From NCBI GenBank assembly GCA_965226795.1, contig CBDDDZ010000005.1:192001-256000 (forward strand): a stretch of 64,000 nt of DNA, read 5' to 3'. The DNA is from Candidatus Latescibacterota bacterium. Lineage in GTDB: Bacteria > Latescibacterota > UBA2968 > GCA-2709665. Of this stretch, positions 31,726-42,509 are shown piece by piece; the stretch's first letter is position 1, and each line of letters begins with the position of its first letter. Both the position numbers and the translations under genes were made by a program. The notes below the pieces were generated by a model. That model saw nothing but the letters and a program-made list of their open reading frames with translations. It was not told the origin of the DNA and ran no database searches.

Positions 31726-31866
31726 GTGCGGGTGAATCCTTCGGATTGGTCGTTTGGAAAGAAAACCTTCAGAGGCGCAAAGAAATGACGGGTAGAAGCG
31801 AATGATGGGTCGCGCTCCGCGCCCGTAAAGTTATCCCTATAACTTCATTATTATTAAATTTTTACG

Positions 31867-32371
31867 TCCTTTTTCTTTCTCGCCAAAGAAAAAGGATCAA
31901 AAAGAACCGGGCCTGCCTGCGCCGAGCACGGCTCGGCGCAGGCAGGCCGCGCGGCGCGGAGCCGGTTTTTCCGCGAATTGCCTGACTGGTGAATACAGGC
32001 GCCTGTGCCCTACGGGCTAAAAAGGATACACGCACGGTGGTGCTGTACGGAATTAACACGGAAAAACCCCCCGCTCTACCGCCCTGCGGTCGTGAGGTGG
32101 ACCGAAGAGGACCGCCGCTTGGATTGTCGGTTGTACCGCTGGCTGCGCTCACACTCTGAATTGGAAGACCAATTGGTCAACGAAAGCGAAACCTGACTGG
32201 AGGACTCCCAGAGCAGAGCGCGTGGTTCCGTTCGTCTGGGAGTATGGGCTTCCTCCCGGACTGGTAGGGCAGCAGGCGAAGTGCATCCTGTGAGGTAATT
32301 CGCGCTGGGCATATGAACGGCCCCGCGCCAAGCGGCGACTTTTGGTTCCTTTTGGTCGCGTCAAAAGGAAC
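31867..32371 (+). mobile_element. Non-coding element: probable group II intron domain I fragment (~32081-32320) between mirrored terminal hairpins
   Basis: Hairpins at 31867-31896, 31910-31948 and 32345-32371; internal GTGAGGTGGACCGAAGAGG, CGAAAGCGAAACCTGAC, GGACTGGTAGGG and AAGTGCATCCTGTGAGGTA resemble a group II intron 5' region as I recall it; no ORF or domain V seen. Confidence 0.5.
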
Positions 32372-32467
32372 CCGCCGGAGGCAGGGAATTTGGGGAGATG
32401 TGGATTTTGAGTTTGGTTTTCGCCTCTTGCTTCAAGCTGTCGGCTAACCACTGTCTTTGCTTCAGTA

Positions 32468-35350
32468 CTAGAAATCCGCCGTCAGGCCGACGGATAAGAG
32501 CCGACCGATTTCGGGGGCCCCGACGAATTCACGGTGTTTCTGGTTGAACATGTTGGTTGCGTTCACGACGAGCGCAACCGTTCCATCTGTAACCATGGAC
32601 GGCAGTTCGTACCTGAGGTCCGCGTCGAAGACCAGGGAGGACTTGACGTCGCCGATGTAGACGCCCGAGTTCATCGGGAATCCGCTGCGGCCGCGGAGGC
32701 GAAACCCGATCCGGACCCCGGATTCCTGCATTTTGGCGGTTGCGCCGAGGGTGAATTTGTTGCGCGGGGCGTTGAGCGCGATGTCCGCGATACCGCCCAG
32801 ATTCTTGAACAGGTCCTTGTTGACGTGGGAATAGCTGCCCGAAAAGGTCCACGTGTCATCCGCGTAGTAAGCGATGCTGACGTCCACGCCGTAAAAGTCG
32901 ACGTCACCGAAGTTGCGGTAGGTCAACATAATCGCATTGGGATCGGTAGATTGCAAGGGCGACACGGTGCCGAAGGGGATGAATGCGGCGCCGTTATTAT
33001 TTGTGCCTGCCACGAAGAGACGGGTGAGTTCGTCTATGGGGGTGTTGTTTCCGTTGCCGCCCTCTCCAGGAGAATCCAGGAATGCGAGCGCGCCGGCCAG
33101 TGCGGCCGCGGACGGGTGTTGAAGGGCCTGCGTGATAGCGGCGGACAGTGAAGTAGATAGAGCGGTTGGATCCAGGAATACGTTCGGCGTTTCCACCCGC
33201 AGTGGACCGACAAAGTCCTGGGTGCGGGTACGGTAGACGTCGGCGGCAAGGACGAAACGGTTAGCGAAGATGCCCTTGTAACCCACTTCATAGGTTTCCG
33301 TAATGGTGGGCCTGATTTTGTCAACGTCCCGTACGGTCGATGCTCCCAGGTCGGGCACCGGATCGAAGGCTGCGGTCGAGGGGTTCAGAACCCGGAGGGT
33401 GTTCCTCAGGCCTGGAAGGGTCTGCGGAATGATATTCTGAAAAGCGACCGCGAGCCCCTCCACCCGCTGGGCCGCCATGGCCGGAATCTGTTCCGGGGGG
33501 ACCCCGGCGGCCGTGAGTAGTGCGGTCATCAGTTCCGTTGCCTTCGCCTTTAGTGACGGCAGGGCCGCAGCCATCACGGCGCTTCGCCCGATACCCCACA
33601 TCACATTGCTGAAACGTGCGTCGTTCATCCCGATCTGGTGTGAAGGCGACAGGCCGATAACCTGAGCGAAGGGCGAACGGAAATAAGGAACGCCGCTGGC
33701 ATCCCTGCTGAAGGTGAATCCATCCTCGGTTCCCTGTGCGCGGATATCGAAGCTCGGGCTGAATCCCAGGACCGGTTGAAAGGCGCGACCCGTACCGAAG
33801 GCGTCCCTGGCCTGGGCGACGTCCAGGAAGAGATTGTTTGTGGATGGCGTACCGAATGCCCTGTTGTACGTCAGCCTGAAGGTTTGCAAGGGGTCCGGTT
33901 TCAGAACAACGGCGGCCCGGGGAGAGAAGACCCGCTCGTCAACGTGGTTGTGGTCGTCGTACCGGGCGGCCGCTACCAGCGTCAGATACTCGTTAAAGGT
34001 GCTCTCGCCCTGCACGTAGACCCCGAGTTCGTTGATATCGTCGCGGGTTTCATTGGAACCGGTGATGGTACCACCTGTATTCGGGCGCGTGAACAGGGCG
34101 TCCATCCCGTAGGTAATCAGGTTACGGTCTGCCAGGCTAAAGCTATGCTGGGCCTGCAGGACCGTAAAGGAGGACTTGTCCACGATGAGCGCGTTTGTCC
34201 GCAGGAGTTTGGTATCCCCGGCGTCGCTGCCGTTGTGAAAGGCCTGAATGAATATGTCCTTGAAAAGCAGGCGACCCTGGAGGGAGTAATTGGCCCATCC
34301 GTCGGCCTGACCTCCGCCGATACCCGTCATTTCGATACTGTTGATCCGCGCAAAGCCGGCGGAAAGGATCCCCGTGAGATCCTCGCGGGGACGAACGTCG
34401 AGTCGCAGTTCCCCGCTGATGCGGCTCACATCGTAGTCTCTGGGATTCCTGCCGCGGAGGCGCACCTCCTCGGGGTCCGTGTATTCCCAGTCCGTTCCGG
34501 AAAAGTACTGGCCGGACAGTTTGACGCCGACCTTTTCGGTTGAGGCGGCGTGCCGGAAGGAGAGTTTGCGCAGGTCGCGTTCGCCGCCCATGACGCTGAC
34601 AGACGTGCCTTCGGAGCCGAAGGGCGACCGGGTGATGATGTGCATCACGCCATTTGCGCTGTTTGGCCCGTAAAGGGCCGACCCGGGTCCCAGGACGACT
34701 TCGACGCGTTCGATGTCGTGGTTTGTAACGGGAATGAAGTGATGGGCGTTGAACCGGAGAGAAGGCACACGCGTAATCCGGTTGTCCACCAGTGTAAGCA
34801 GGGTGCCGGAGAACACGTTGTTGAAGCCGCGCGTGACGGTGTTGGCCTGGAAGAGGCCGGTCTGGGCGTTGTCCACGCCCGCAAGCCCCACGATGTAATC
34901 CGCGGCGCTCAAACCGCGCTGAGCCTGTACGGCGTCGGATTCAACGACCGCGACGGAGGCCGGCGCATCCAGGACTTTTTCCCGCCGGCGGGACGCGGAA
35001 ACGATGATCTGGTCTCCATAAAGAACCTCGACGTCGAGACTGAAGTCGAGGTCGATCCCGTCGCCGTCGGATAGCCGGACGTTGCTCCGGGTCGCGGTCT
35101 CGTATCCGACGAAAGAAACGGAGACTTCATAGGTGCCGTCCGGTAGACCTGTGGCCTCGTACAAGCCGTTCATGTTGGAGACGACCTTGATGGTAGCCTG
35201 TAGAGCCGCGCTTTGGACAATGACGTTGGCGCCGTACAGAGCATCGCCCTCCGCACCGGTGATTTTTCCCTTTATGGAGCCCGTGCCCTGCGCGAAGGCG
35301 GGTGCGACGAAGCAGAGCAGCAGGGTCAGGACCTTTCTTGCGGATGTCAT
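32468..35350 (-). CDS. TonB-dependent receptor with N-terminal carboxypeptidase-regulatory-like domain
   Basis: Signal peptide, VSASRR..DAPASV, DIERVEVVLGPGSALYG plug motif, C-terminal Phe. Confidence 0.93.
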   Translation of the reverse strand: MTSARKVLTLLLCFVAPAFAQGTGSIKGKITGAEGDALYGANVIVQSAALQATIKVVSNMNGLYEATGLPDGTYEVSVSFVGYETATRSNVRLSDGDGIDLDFSLDVEVLYGDQIIVSASRRREKVLDAPASVAVVESDAVQAQRGLSAADYIVGLAGVDNAQTGLFQANTVTRGFNNVFSGTLLTLVDNRITRVPSLRFNAHHFIPVTNHDIERVEVVLGPGSALYGPNSANGVMHIITRSPFGSEGTSVSVMGGERDLRKLSFRHAASTEKVGVKLSGQYFSGTDWEYTDPEEVRLRGRNPRDYDVSRISGELRLDVRPREDLTGILSAGFARINSIEMTGIGGGQADGWANYSLQGRLLFKDIFIQAFHNGSDAGDTKLLRTNALIVDKSSFTVLQAQHSFSLADRNLITYGMDALFTRPNTGGTITGSNETRDDINELGVYVQGESTFNEYLTLVAAARYDDHNHVDERVFSPRAAVVLKPDPLQTFRLTYNRAFGTPSTNNLFLDVAQARDAFGTGRAFQPVLGFSPSFDIRAQGTEDGFTFSRDASGVPYFRSPFAQVIGLSPSHQIGMNDARFSNVMWGIGRSAVMAAALPSLKAKATELMTALLTAAGVPPEQIPAMAAQRVEGLAVAFQNIIPQTLPGLRNTLRVLNPSTAAFDPVPDLGASTVRDVDKIRPTITETYEVGYKGIFANRFVLAADVYRTRTQDFVGPLRVETPNVFLDPTALSTSLSAAITQALQHPSAAALAGALAFLDSPGEGGNGNNTPIDELTRLFVAGTNNNGAAFIPFGTVSPLQSTDPNAIMLTYRNFGDVDFYGVDVSIAYYADDTWTFSGSYSHVNKDLFKNLGGIADIALNAPRNKFTLGATAKMQESGVRIGFRLRGRSGFPMNSGVYIGDVKSSLVFDADLRYELPSMVTDGTVALVVNATNMFNQKHREFVGAPEIGRLLSVGLTADF

Positions 35351-35518
35351 AAGCTCACTCCTTTTAGTAGAAAGTAGAGAATTTGGTATCGGGTTTGCCT
35401 ATAAGAGGACGGAAGTTAACGGGGATGCCTTGCGTTTCAAAAATCGGCCCGGCATTCGGAGGGAGAATCCGTGGCGAATCGCCGTCTCGAGAGTTCCTGC
35501 CGTCACGACGGAGGGCGT

Positions 35519-36133
35519 TCAGCCGCCACGCCCGCTGTCCGGCCCTGGAAGGCGGGCAAGTGCTGCTCTGATAGCACCAGCCAGCGGTTCCGCCGAAGCC
35601 AGGTATTTGCGCGTGCTCGAGAAGACGCCGCCGCCGATCTGCTCGCCGGGCAGTCTCGGTATCAACTGAAAGTGCAGGTGGGTCAGCTTTCCGGAACACA
35701 TGGTGACCTGGTAGACTTTATCGCAGCCTGTAACCGTCCTCAGTGCCCGTGTCAGCCGAAGCATTACTGTCATCAACTCGCAGCCGAACCCTTCCGACAG
35801 CCCGGCGATATCCGGGATGTGTGGTTTGGCGATCACGATCGTGTGGCCCAGGCCGCGCGGGTATTGCTCGAGGACTGCGAAACATCGTTCGCTATCGAAC
35901 AGCAGGGCGCCGTCCGGGTTCGACGTGGCTTCACCCCGGGCAATATACTGGCAGGTATGGCAGACCCCCTCCGAGATAAGGGTGTTCCATTCGCAGTTGC
36001 GTTCGGCGCGCTCGTGTAACTCGCGCTCCGTGGCTGGTCTGACACAGCCACGGAGACGAGCGAAATCCGCCACCACCGGTTTACGATCTCCCATCGATTC
36101 GCCAGTGTCGCAAATTGCGACGGTTAGTTTCAT
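35519..36133 (-). CDS. HIT-superfamily protein (HxHxQ variant); start uncertain
   Basis: CHTC, GHTIVI, THLHFQLIPR. Confidence 0.75.
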   Translation of the reverse strand: MKLTVAICDTGESMGDRKPVVADFARLRGCVRPATERELHERAERNCEWNTLISEGVCHTCQYIARGEATSNPDGALLFDSERCFAVLEQYPRGLGHTIVIAKPHIPDIAGLSEGFGCELMTVMLRLTRALRTVTGCDKVYQVTMCSGKLTHLHFQLIPRLPGEQIGGGVFSSTRKYLASAEPLAGAIRAALARLPGPDSGRGG

Positions 36134-36353
36134 TAATATATGGCATTTTATTGTTGGTGTGTGCAGAAATCAACCCCCGACGACCCGATTTTCGGAGTGT
36201 CAGGAAAGATCCGGCAAAGGCAGGGACCGCCAGCCCGTCCACGCGCGATTGGGACGGACGGTAGTCGGAGAAGGTGGGTATCCAGGGTAGGGGCATGCTG
36301 CTGTACGCGGTGTGGGCGAGCGGTTTCCGGAGGCTCCTCGCGGACGATGCGGA

Positions 36354-39300
36354 CTACGGAAGTACGATTTTCCCCAGGTATTCCCTGAGCTTGGGCGGAA
36401 CGTGCTTTCGTATCAGGCTTTTCTTAAACGCCCAGGCCGTTTCCCCGTCGAGCTTCATCTCAAAGTGAACTGATTTTCCTTCGTAACGAGCGACGGGTTC
36501 CCCGTCGCGAAAGAGGATCCGGTTACCGGGAATCGCCGGGATACGCCTGCCCGGCGTAACGACTCCGACCAGGTTGACCGGATCGCAGGCACTGACCGAT
36601 ACGAGTTCGCCCCGTTTCTTTTCCCGCTTAAGGGACCGGATGACGGTAATTGCCTCGGAGAGCGCGTATTGCTCTCCCCATCTCTCCACGAATCGTCCTC
36701 CCCGGACCTCGCCTCGGTCCTCCATCCGCCTCAATACCCGTACCAGATCGCGCCAGGGCGGTATGCCGTTCTCTCTGGCCAGTACCCGTCTGAAGACAAC
36801 CCCGTAGCGTTTCAGCAGAATCCGCGCGCACTGTTCGATATCGGCCTCATCTTCGAATTCGGGTTCGATCACGGACCACCGGCCGGCTTGCTCCATGCCG
36901 AAGACCGGCCCCCGATTCCGACGGGACCGCACCTTGAATTTCTCAGGTATCAGGAGCGCCCGAAGACCCGCGAAGCTGTCGCACGTCAGCAATCCGGCCG
37001 CCACCAATTCGGCGATGGCGCTCTCGATTTCGCTCCTGAGCATTTTCGACCTGGCAAGGATGTCGTGGTAAAAAAGCGCGCCGCCGGCTTTCAGGCATTC
37101 GAGTACCCGTTGCGCGGAAGGCGTCAGGACCGGCGCGCAAGACTCCAAAGGGCGGAACGGCCAGGCCGCGAAGGTGGTTCGATTGACCAGGGTGATCGGC
37201 GTGGTTCGTATGGGGGTGTTTCCCGCCCTGACGCTTTGCGTCCTGAGATAACGGCCCCACATGGTTTTCCCCGATAAACAACAGGTATCCAGCCATAAAT
37301 GGTCGTAGTCCTTGATGCGCGAAGGCAGGACGTCGCTCTCCCACGCGATGGCTGGACAGGAAAATCCGTCGAGCTGATCCAGAACTTCCTTAAGCGCTTC
37401 GGGGCCCTCTTTCCGGGTGCCCTCGGTCAGACTGTGCCAGCGGAGAAGAAACCGAACGTAATCCGAAGAGGAAATGGGTCTTATTGCCCGCCGGAGCTTT
37501 TCGAGCGTGTATCTGTGGATACGCGCCAGCAGGCGGCGCTCGCACCATTCCGTTTCGGCGTCGGAAGGCAGGTCCGGTGAGAAGTGGCCCCTGATCGCGA
37601 ATCCCTCGGATTCCAGAGCGAGAAGAGCCTGGTCGATCCGCTGTCTGGAAAGGCCCATATCGCCTGCGATTCCGGACGCGGTTGTGGGCCCCAGCAGTTC
37701 TATCCGGCCCCTGACCACGTCCGTGAGTACCTGTTCCGGATCCTCCGACGAAAATGTCCGGATGGAGTCGTGAACCGCCGTTGCGCCGCGTCCGACGGTT
37801 TCGCCGTACAGGACCTCGAATTGCGGAATCCTCTCGACGGCAATCCAGAGTTTCGGTCCGTCCCTCGGGTCGACGGGTACCGCCTGACCCGATTCCACCA
37901 GCGACGCCAGGAGCGGCCGCCACGTTCCATCGCCGCTCTCCGTGATTTCCGCGTCGGTCAGGAACCCGTGCATCACCAGGACATCATACAATTCATCCGC
38001 GTCCGTAACCGCTGGCCAGGCCTCCTCCTTCACCGCATCGATCGCACCTTGCTCCAGCTTGCCCAGCTTCCTGGCGTCCGCGGGTTCGAGCCGCCTGCGT
38101 GTTCTGACGGCCTGTACCCGCCTTTCCTCAAGTGGCGCGTCATCCAGGAACGCATACGGCCGCGCATTGAGAATGCTCTCGGACATGGGGGAAGGTTCAC
38201 GGAGATCACGAGCCGACACTTCGATTTCCCCTGTGTGAATCCGCTGGAGAAGACGCTCCAGAGCGTCCACGTCCATCGCCTCGTGGAGGCAGTCGTGAAT
38301 CGTCTGGTACACCAGGGGATGGTCCGGTACCTCGCGGTCACCGGGGATGTTTTCCAGGCAGGCGAGCTGATCAGGAAAAATCAGGGCCAGCAGGTCCTCG
38401 GCGTCGGAACGCTGGATCTGGGGCGGAACGCGTTCTCCGCCCCTGCGCCTGAGCACAGCCAGCGCCGTGCAGGCGTTCCAGCGCCATCGCGCCTGGAACA
38501 TCGGCGCATCCAGCAGGGCCTGTACGAGAACCTCGCGAACCGTCCGGTCGTTCAGATAGCCGACCACTTCCTCAAGAGGGAAACTGTGCGTGGGCCCGAG
38601 GGAGAGCACCAGGCTCTCTTCGTTCGCCGCCGCCTGGAGTTCGAAGTTGAACTTTCGGCAGAATCGTTTTCGAAGGGCGAGCCCCCACGCCCGGTTCAAC
38701 CGGTTTCCGAAGACCGAATGGATGACGAGGTGCTGGTCGCCCACCTCGTCGAAGAAACGCTCCATAACGATGTGCTTCTGCGACGGTACCAGGTCCAGAG
38801 ATGCCTTTGTGGCAGCCAGGTACGTGACCACCTGGTCGGCCGCCTCCGCGCTTGCGCCGACCTCGTCCGTCAGCCAGGCGGCGGCATCCGTTTTCCATTC
38901 TCCGGATCCGTTGTCGTCCAGTTCATCGAGGTTTATTCTCGCAGCCACTTCTTCGCGGACACGGGAGACCGACGTTGAGAGTTCCGCGGATCTGCCGGGG
39001 GCTTCGCCGATCCAGAACGGCATGGTGGGGGGAAGGCCGTCGGCGTCTTCGACGCGCACCTTTCCGGTTTCCACCTTGAGGATTCGCCACGAAGCGGTGC
39101 CCAGCTGAAAAATGTCGCCAGGAAGGCTCTCGACGGCGAAATCTTCGTGCACGGAGCCGATCTGAACGCCGGATGGTTCCAGGCGCACGTCATAGTCGAA
39201 CTGGTCGGGGATGGTTCCTCCCGAGACGATCGCGTTGAGACGAGCGCCTTTTTTGGCCCTCAGTGTCCGCGTGACCGGATTGAAGTGGAGGTAGGACCGC

Positions 39301-40685
39301 CGCGTACCCCGCCTGAATGTGAATCCCTCCACCAGCATCTGGACGACGCCGTTGAATTCTTCAATGCTCAGATTTCGATAGATGGACGATTTCCGGACGA
39401 GGTCGTAGAGCGCTTCTGACGTGCTGTCCTCACTCGCGACCTCAGCCACGATCTGCTGGGCGAGCACATCCAGCGGTTTCTCGGGAAAGGGAAGGTTCTC
39501 CAGTTCGCCCCGGCGGACACTGTCCAGCAGCGCCACGGCTTCGACCAGTTCATCTTTGGTGAGCGGATACAGCTTCCCGCTCGGGGTTCCCTCGAGGGTG
39601 TGGCCGGAACGGCCAACGCGCTGAAGCAGCGTGGCGATGGCCTTGGGGGATCCGATTTGAACAACCAGATCGATGGATCCCACGTCGATGCCCAGTTCGA
39701 GAGATCCGGTGGCCACCAGGGCACTCAGGGCGCCGGCCTTGAGCCTCGTCTCCGCGTCCAGGCGTTTTTCGCGGGACATGCTCCCGTGGTGGGCGGAGAC
39801 GACCTCGGGCCCCAGCCGGTCGGACAGATGATGCGAAAGGCGTTCGGCCATGGAGCGCGTGGGCACGAATATCAGGGTGGTCTGATGTTCGGTGATGGTA
39901 CGTTCCAGGGATTGATGGATCTCTTCCCAGACTTCATTGGCCATCACTGCCGTGAGCGGCGATTCCGGCAACTCGATGTCCAGTTCCAACTCGCGCCGAT
40001 GACCGATGTTGAGGATCTTGCAGGGTTCTGCGTTTCCGGTGAGAAAATGCGCCATCCGATCAATGGGCTTCTGGGTGGCGGAGATACCGATCCGGTGGAC
40101 CGGGTTCCGGCTGAGGCGCGCCAGTCGCTCCATTGAAATGGACAGGTGGGCGCCGCGTTTGTTACCGGCAACGGCGTGGATCTCATCCACGATTAACGTG
40201 CCCGCGCTGCTCAGCATTTCCCGTCCGCCGTTGCTTGTCAGGAGAAGGTAGAGAGATTCCGGCGTGGTCACCAGGATGTGGGGGGGCGTCCGGATCATCT
40301 TTGCCCGTTCGGAGCCCGGTGTGTCTCCGGTCCGGACCATCGCCCGCACGTCCGCGTTGGGGTAACCGTTCTGTTCCAGGAGCGCCTTTATGCCCTTGAG
40401 CGGGACCTGCAGATTGCGATGGATATCGTTGCTGAGCGCCTTCAGGGGCGATACATAGACGACCTGGGTCCGGTCCTCCAGCGTGCCGTCGAGACGGCGC
40501 TCGAACAGGTCGTTCAGGACTGCCATAAATGCCGCGAGCGTTTTCCCGGATCCTGTCGGCGCGGACAGCAGGACATTTCTTCTATTCAGGATTTCAGGCC
40601 ATGCCAGAGACTGAATTTCGGACGGGTCGTTGAAATTCTTATTAAACCACTGCCGGACAACGGGATGGAAGCTTTCCAAGGGCAT
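36354..40685 (-). CDS. lhr: Lhr-like ATP-dependent DEAD/DEAH helicase
   Basis: APTGSGKT, SPLKAL, TTPESL, DEIH, SAT, HHGS, SLELGID, QRVGRSGH; long C-terminal wHTH region. Confidence 0.92.
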   Translation of the reverse strand: MPLESFHPVVRQWFNKNFNDPSEIQSLAWPEILNRRNVLLSAPTGSGKTLAAFMAVLNDLFERRLDGTLEDRTQVVYVSPLKALSNDIHRNLQVPLKGIKALLEQNGYPNADVRAMVRTGDTPGSERAKMIRTPPHILVTTPESLYLLLTSNGGREMLSSAGTLIVDEIHAVAGNKRGAHLSISMERLARLSRNPVHRIGISATQKPIDRMAHFLTGNAEPCKILNIGHRRELELDIELPESPLTAVMANEVWEEIHQSLERTITEHQTTLIFVPTRSMAERLSHHLSDRLGPEVVSAHHGSMSREKRLDAETRLKAGALSALVATGSLELGIDVGSIDLVVQIGSPKAIATLLQRVGRSGHTLEGTPSGKLYPLTKDELVEAVALLDSVRRGELENLPFPEKPLDVLAQQIVAEVASEDSTSEALYDLVRKSSIYRNLSIEEFNGVVQMLVEGFTFRRGTRRSYLHFNPVTRTLRAKKGARLNAIVSGGTIPDQFDYDVRLEPSGVQIGSVHEDFAVESLPGDIFQLGTASWRILKVETGKVRVEDADGLPPTMPFWIGEAPGRSAELSTSVSRVREEVAARINLDELDDNGSGEWKTDAAAWLTDEVGASAEAADQVVTYLAATKASLDLVPSQKHIVMERFFDEVGDQHLVIHSVFGNRLNRAWGLALRKRFCRKFNFELQAAANEESLVLSLGPTHSFPLEEVVGYLNDRTVREVLVQALLDAPMFQARWRWNACTALAVLRRRGGERVPPQIQRSDAEDLLALIFPDQLACLENIPGDREVPDHPLVYQTIHDCLHEAMDVDALERLLQRIHTGEIEVSARDLREPSPMSESILNARPYAFLDDAPLEERRVQAVRTRRRLEPADARKLGKLEQGAIDAVKEEAWPAVTDADELYDVLVMHGFLTDAEITESGDGTWRPLLASLVESGQAVPVDPRDGPKLWIAVERIPQFEVLYGETVGRGATAVHDSIRTFSSEDPEQVLTDVVRGRIELLGPTTASGIAGDMGLSRQRIDQALLALESEGFAIRGHFSPDLPSDAETEWCERRLLARIHRYTLEKLRRAIRPISSSDYVRFLLRWHSLTEGTRKEGPEALKEVLDQLDGFSCPAIAWESDVLPSRIKDYDHLWLDTCCLSGKTMWGRYLRTQSVRAGNTPIRTTPITLVNRTTFAAWPFRPLESCAPVLTPSAQRVLECLKAGGALFYHDILARSKMLRSEIESAIAELVAAGLLTCDSFAGLRALLIPEKFKVRSRRNRGPVFGMEQAGRWSVIEPEFEDEADIEQCARILLKRYGVVFRRVLARENGIPPWRDLVRVLRRMEDRGEVRGGRFVERWGEQYALSEAITVIRSLKREKKRGELVSVSACDPVNLVGVVTPGRRIPAIPGNRILFRDGEPVARYEGKSVHFEMKLDGETAWAFKKSLIRKHVPPKLREYLGKIVLP

Positions 40686-40833
40686 GTGCGTTCCTCATCC
40701 GGAGTCTGTCGACGCCGGAATAAGACGTTTCGGCCGCGGTGTACGGGGGAACATCCGTTCACCAATATAGTGTACAGCCCTGTCAAAGGCAAGGCGCCGG
40801 AATCCGATTTCCGGTCCGGTTCCGGGACGCCAC

Positions 40834-41577
40834 CTAACGCCGTGCATGATCCTGGTGTATTGGCCGGAACTCGCCCCAGTGGGTGATCGAGTCCGTCCAC
40901 GTTTGCCGGTCCGTCGTCGGCCGGTCGCGCGAACGATCGAAATATACGGCGGCTATGCCCAGCGATCTCGGGGCCAGGACATCGTTTTGAAGATTATCCC
41001 CGATGAATAGGACGTCACCGGCGCGTTCAGCGGAAAGCCCGGCGCGACTGAGACTCTCACGATAGATTTCGGGGCCCGGTTTTCTGAACCCCAATCTGGC
41101 GCTGTCCACGACAAATTCGAAGTTTTCCAACAATCCGTAGTCGGCGAGCAGCTGTTCCGGCCACCCTGAAAGGTAGAAATTCGACACGACACCCATACGA
41201 ACGCTACCGCGCCACGACGCCAGCATCGCCTCGACCCCTGGCGTAGGCCGGACCTGCTTCGGATAAGACCTTTCGAATTCTTCCACCATTTCTTGTACGA
41301 GCCGATGGGCGGGCTTTCGATCGATCTTTCCGGAAGCCATCAGCACTTCCATCAGGCGATCCGGGAGCAACACCTCCCTCGAGTCGTTGCCGGACAATCG
41401 GTGCCTCCGCCAGCGCGAATACGCATTCACGAAGTCGCGCGGCGTGGCGAAGTAACCCTCCCGGACCGGCAGGTCGACAATCGAGCTCAATCCGGACTCA
41501 TCTCCGGTTTCATCGAAGTCGTCCAAAAGCGTATTGAAGCAATCGAAGAAGATCCAACTGGGTGTACGGTTGGTCAT
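40834..41577 (-). CDS. HAD-superfamily hydrolase
   Basis: FFDCFNTL, VVSN, RKPGPEIY, IGDNLQND. Confidence 0.9.
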   Translation of the reverse strand: MTNRTPSWIFFDCFNTLLDDFDETGDESGLSSIVDLPVREGYFATPRDFVNAYSRWRRHRLSGNDSREVLLPDRLMEVLMASGKIDRKPAHRLVQEMVEEFERSYPKQVRPTPGVEAMLASWRGSVRMGVVSNFYLSGWPEQLLADYGLLENFEFVVDSARLGFRKPGPEIYRESLSRAGLSAERAGDVLFIGDNLQNDVLAPRSLGIAAVYFDRSRDRPTTDRQTWTDSITHWGEFRPIHQDHARR

Positions 41578-42365
41578 GGAGTCGACGAAGACGATTGGGA
41601 GAGATTAATGTTCGTGGCCACAATTCTCGAGGTCCAATTCAGAACGGTATCCAGACCGGCGAGATGCGCGTTCGTTCGCTGCGCCATCGGCCAGGCCGTG
41701 GGCGTCTCGAAGATGAGCACGTGGTCCGCGTGGTGATGATATACGTAGGGGACGGTCCCGCCGGTGCCCCACGACGGCGAGACCTTGTAGACGCCCCTTG
41801 AGATGGGGAGGTCGTTCTCTTCCTCTTCCCCGTCGGGATCGATAGCGCCCACCTTCTCGACTTCGCGGACGATATCCGGACCGGCCCACCGTTCATCGCG
41901 GCGGCCTTCGTACATGTAGAATCCGGTGGCCTCCCAGTCTTCGTGAAAATCCACGTACAGGTCGAACCGCTTTCCTTTCAATATCTGCTTGACAATATCG
42001 CTCTCGGGAACCCCGGGCTCCGAGAAAGACCGGTTGATGTCTGTGCCCTCCCGGTTTTCCCTTCTGTTGTGGACGTATCCGTAGGGATTGACGCACGGCA
42101 GAATGAGAAACGTAAAGTAATGAAGCAGATCCACCGGGTTCCGTTCGAGAAAGGCGAGAACCGCCTCCGGCCCTGCCGGTTCGTCCCCGTGGACGCCGCC
42201 GGAGAGAAGCACGGGTTTCCGACCGCGCGGGTCACCGCCCAACCGGATGCAATAGATGGGAAATCCGTCCACGAATCCGGCCGTCTCTATCTCCATATCC
42301 GCGAGATCCAGTGCCTCCAGCCGCCGGGTCAAGCGGCCCAAATCATGGCCTTCCATTTTTAGCAT
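41574..42365 (-). CDS. M14 family zinc carboxypeptidase / deacylase
   Basis: GVHGDEPAG, NPYGY, DINRSF, DFHED, FETP. Confidence 0.88.
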   Translation of the reverse strand: MLKMEGHDLGRLTRRLEALDLADMEIETAGFVDGFPIYCIRLGGDPRGRKPVLLSGGVHGDEPAGPEAVLAFLERNPVDLLHYFTFLILPCVNPYGYVHNRRENREGTDINRSFSEPGVPESDIVKQILKGKRFDLYVDFHEDWEATGFYMYEGRRDERWAGPDIVREVEKVGAIDPDGEEEENDLPISRGVYKVSPSWGTGGTVPYVYHHHADHVLIFETPTAWPMAQRTNAHLAGLDTVLNWTSRIVATNINLSQSSSSTP

Positions 42366-42509
42366 CTTTCGGTTTCATGGATCTGCCCGTTTTCTGAGAT
42401 GGTAAGCCTGATTAATACATGCAATTGTCATGTTTAGCTGCTTTATTCGCCAATCAATCAATGCCACCCCCGTATAAAGGCTTGTCGAGCCGTTGAGGAT
42501 GCGGGTGTG

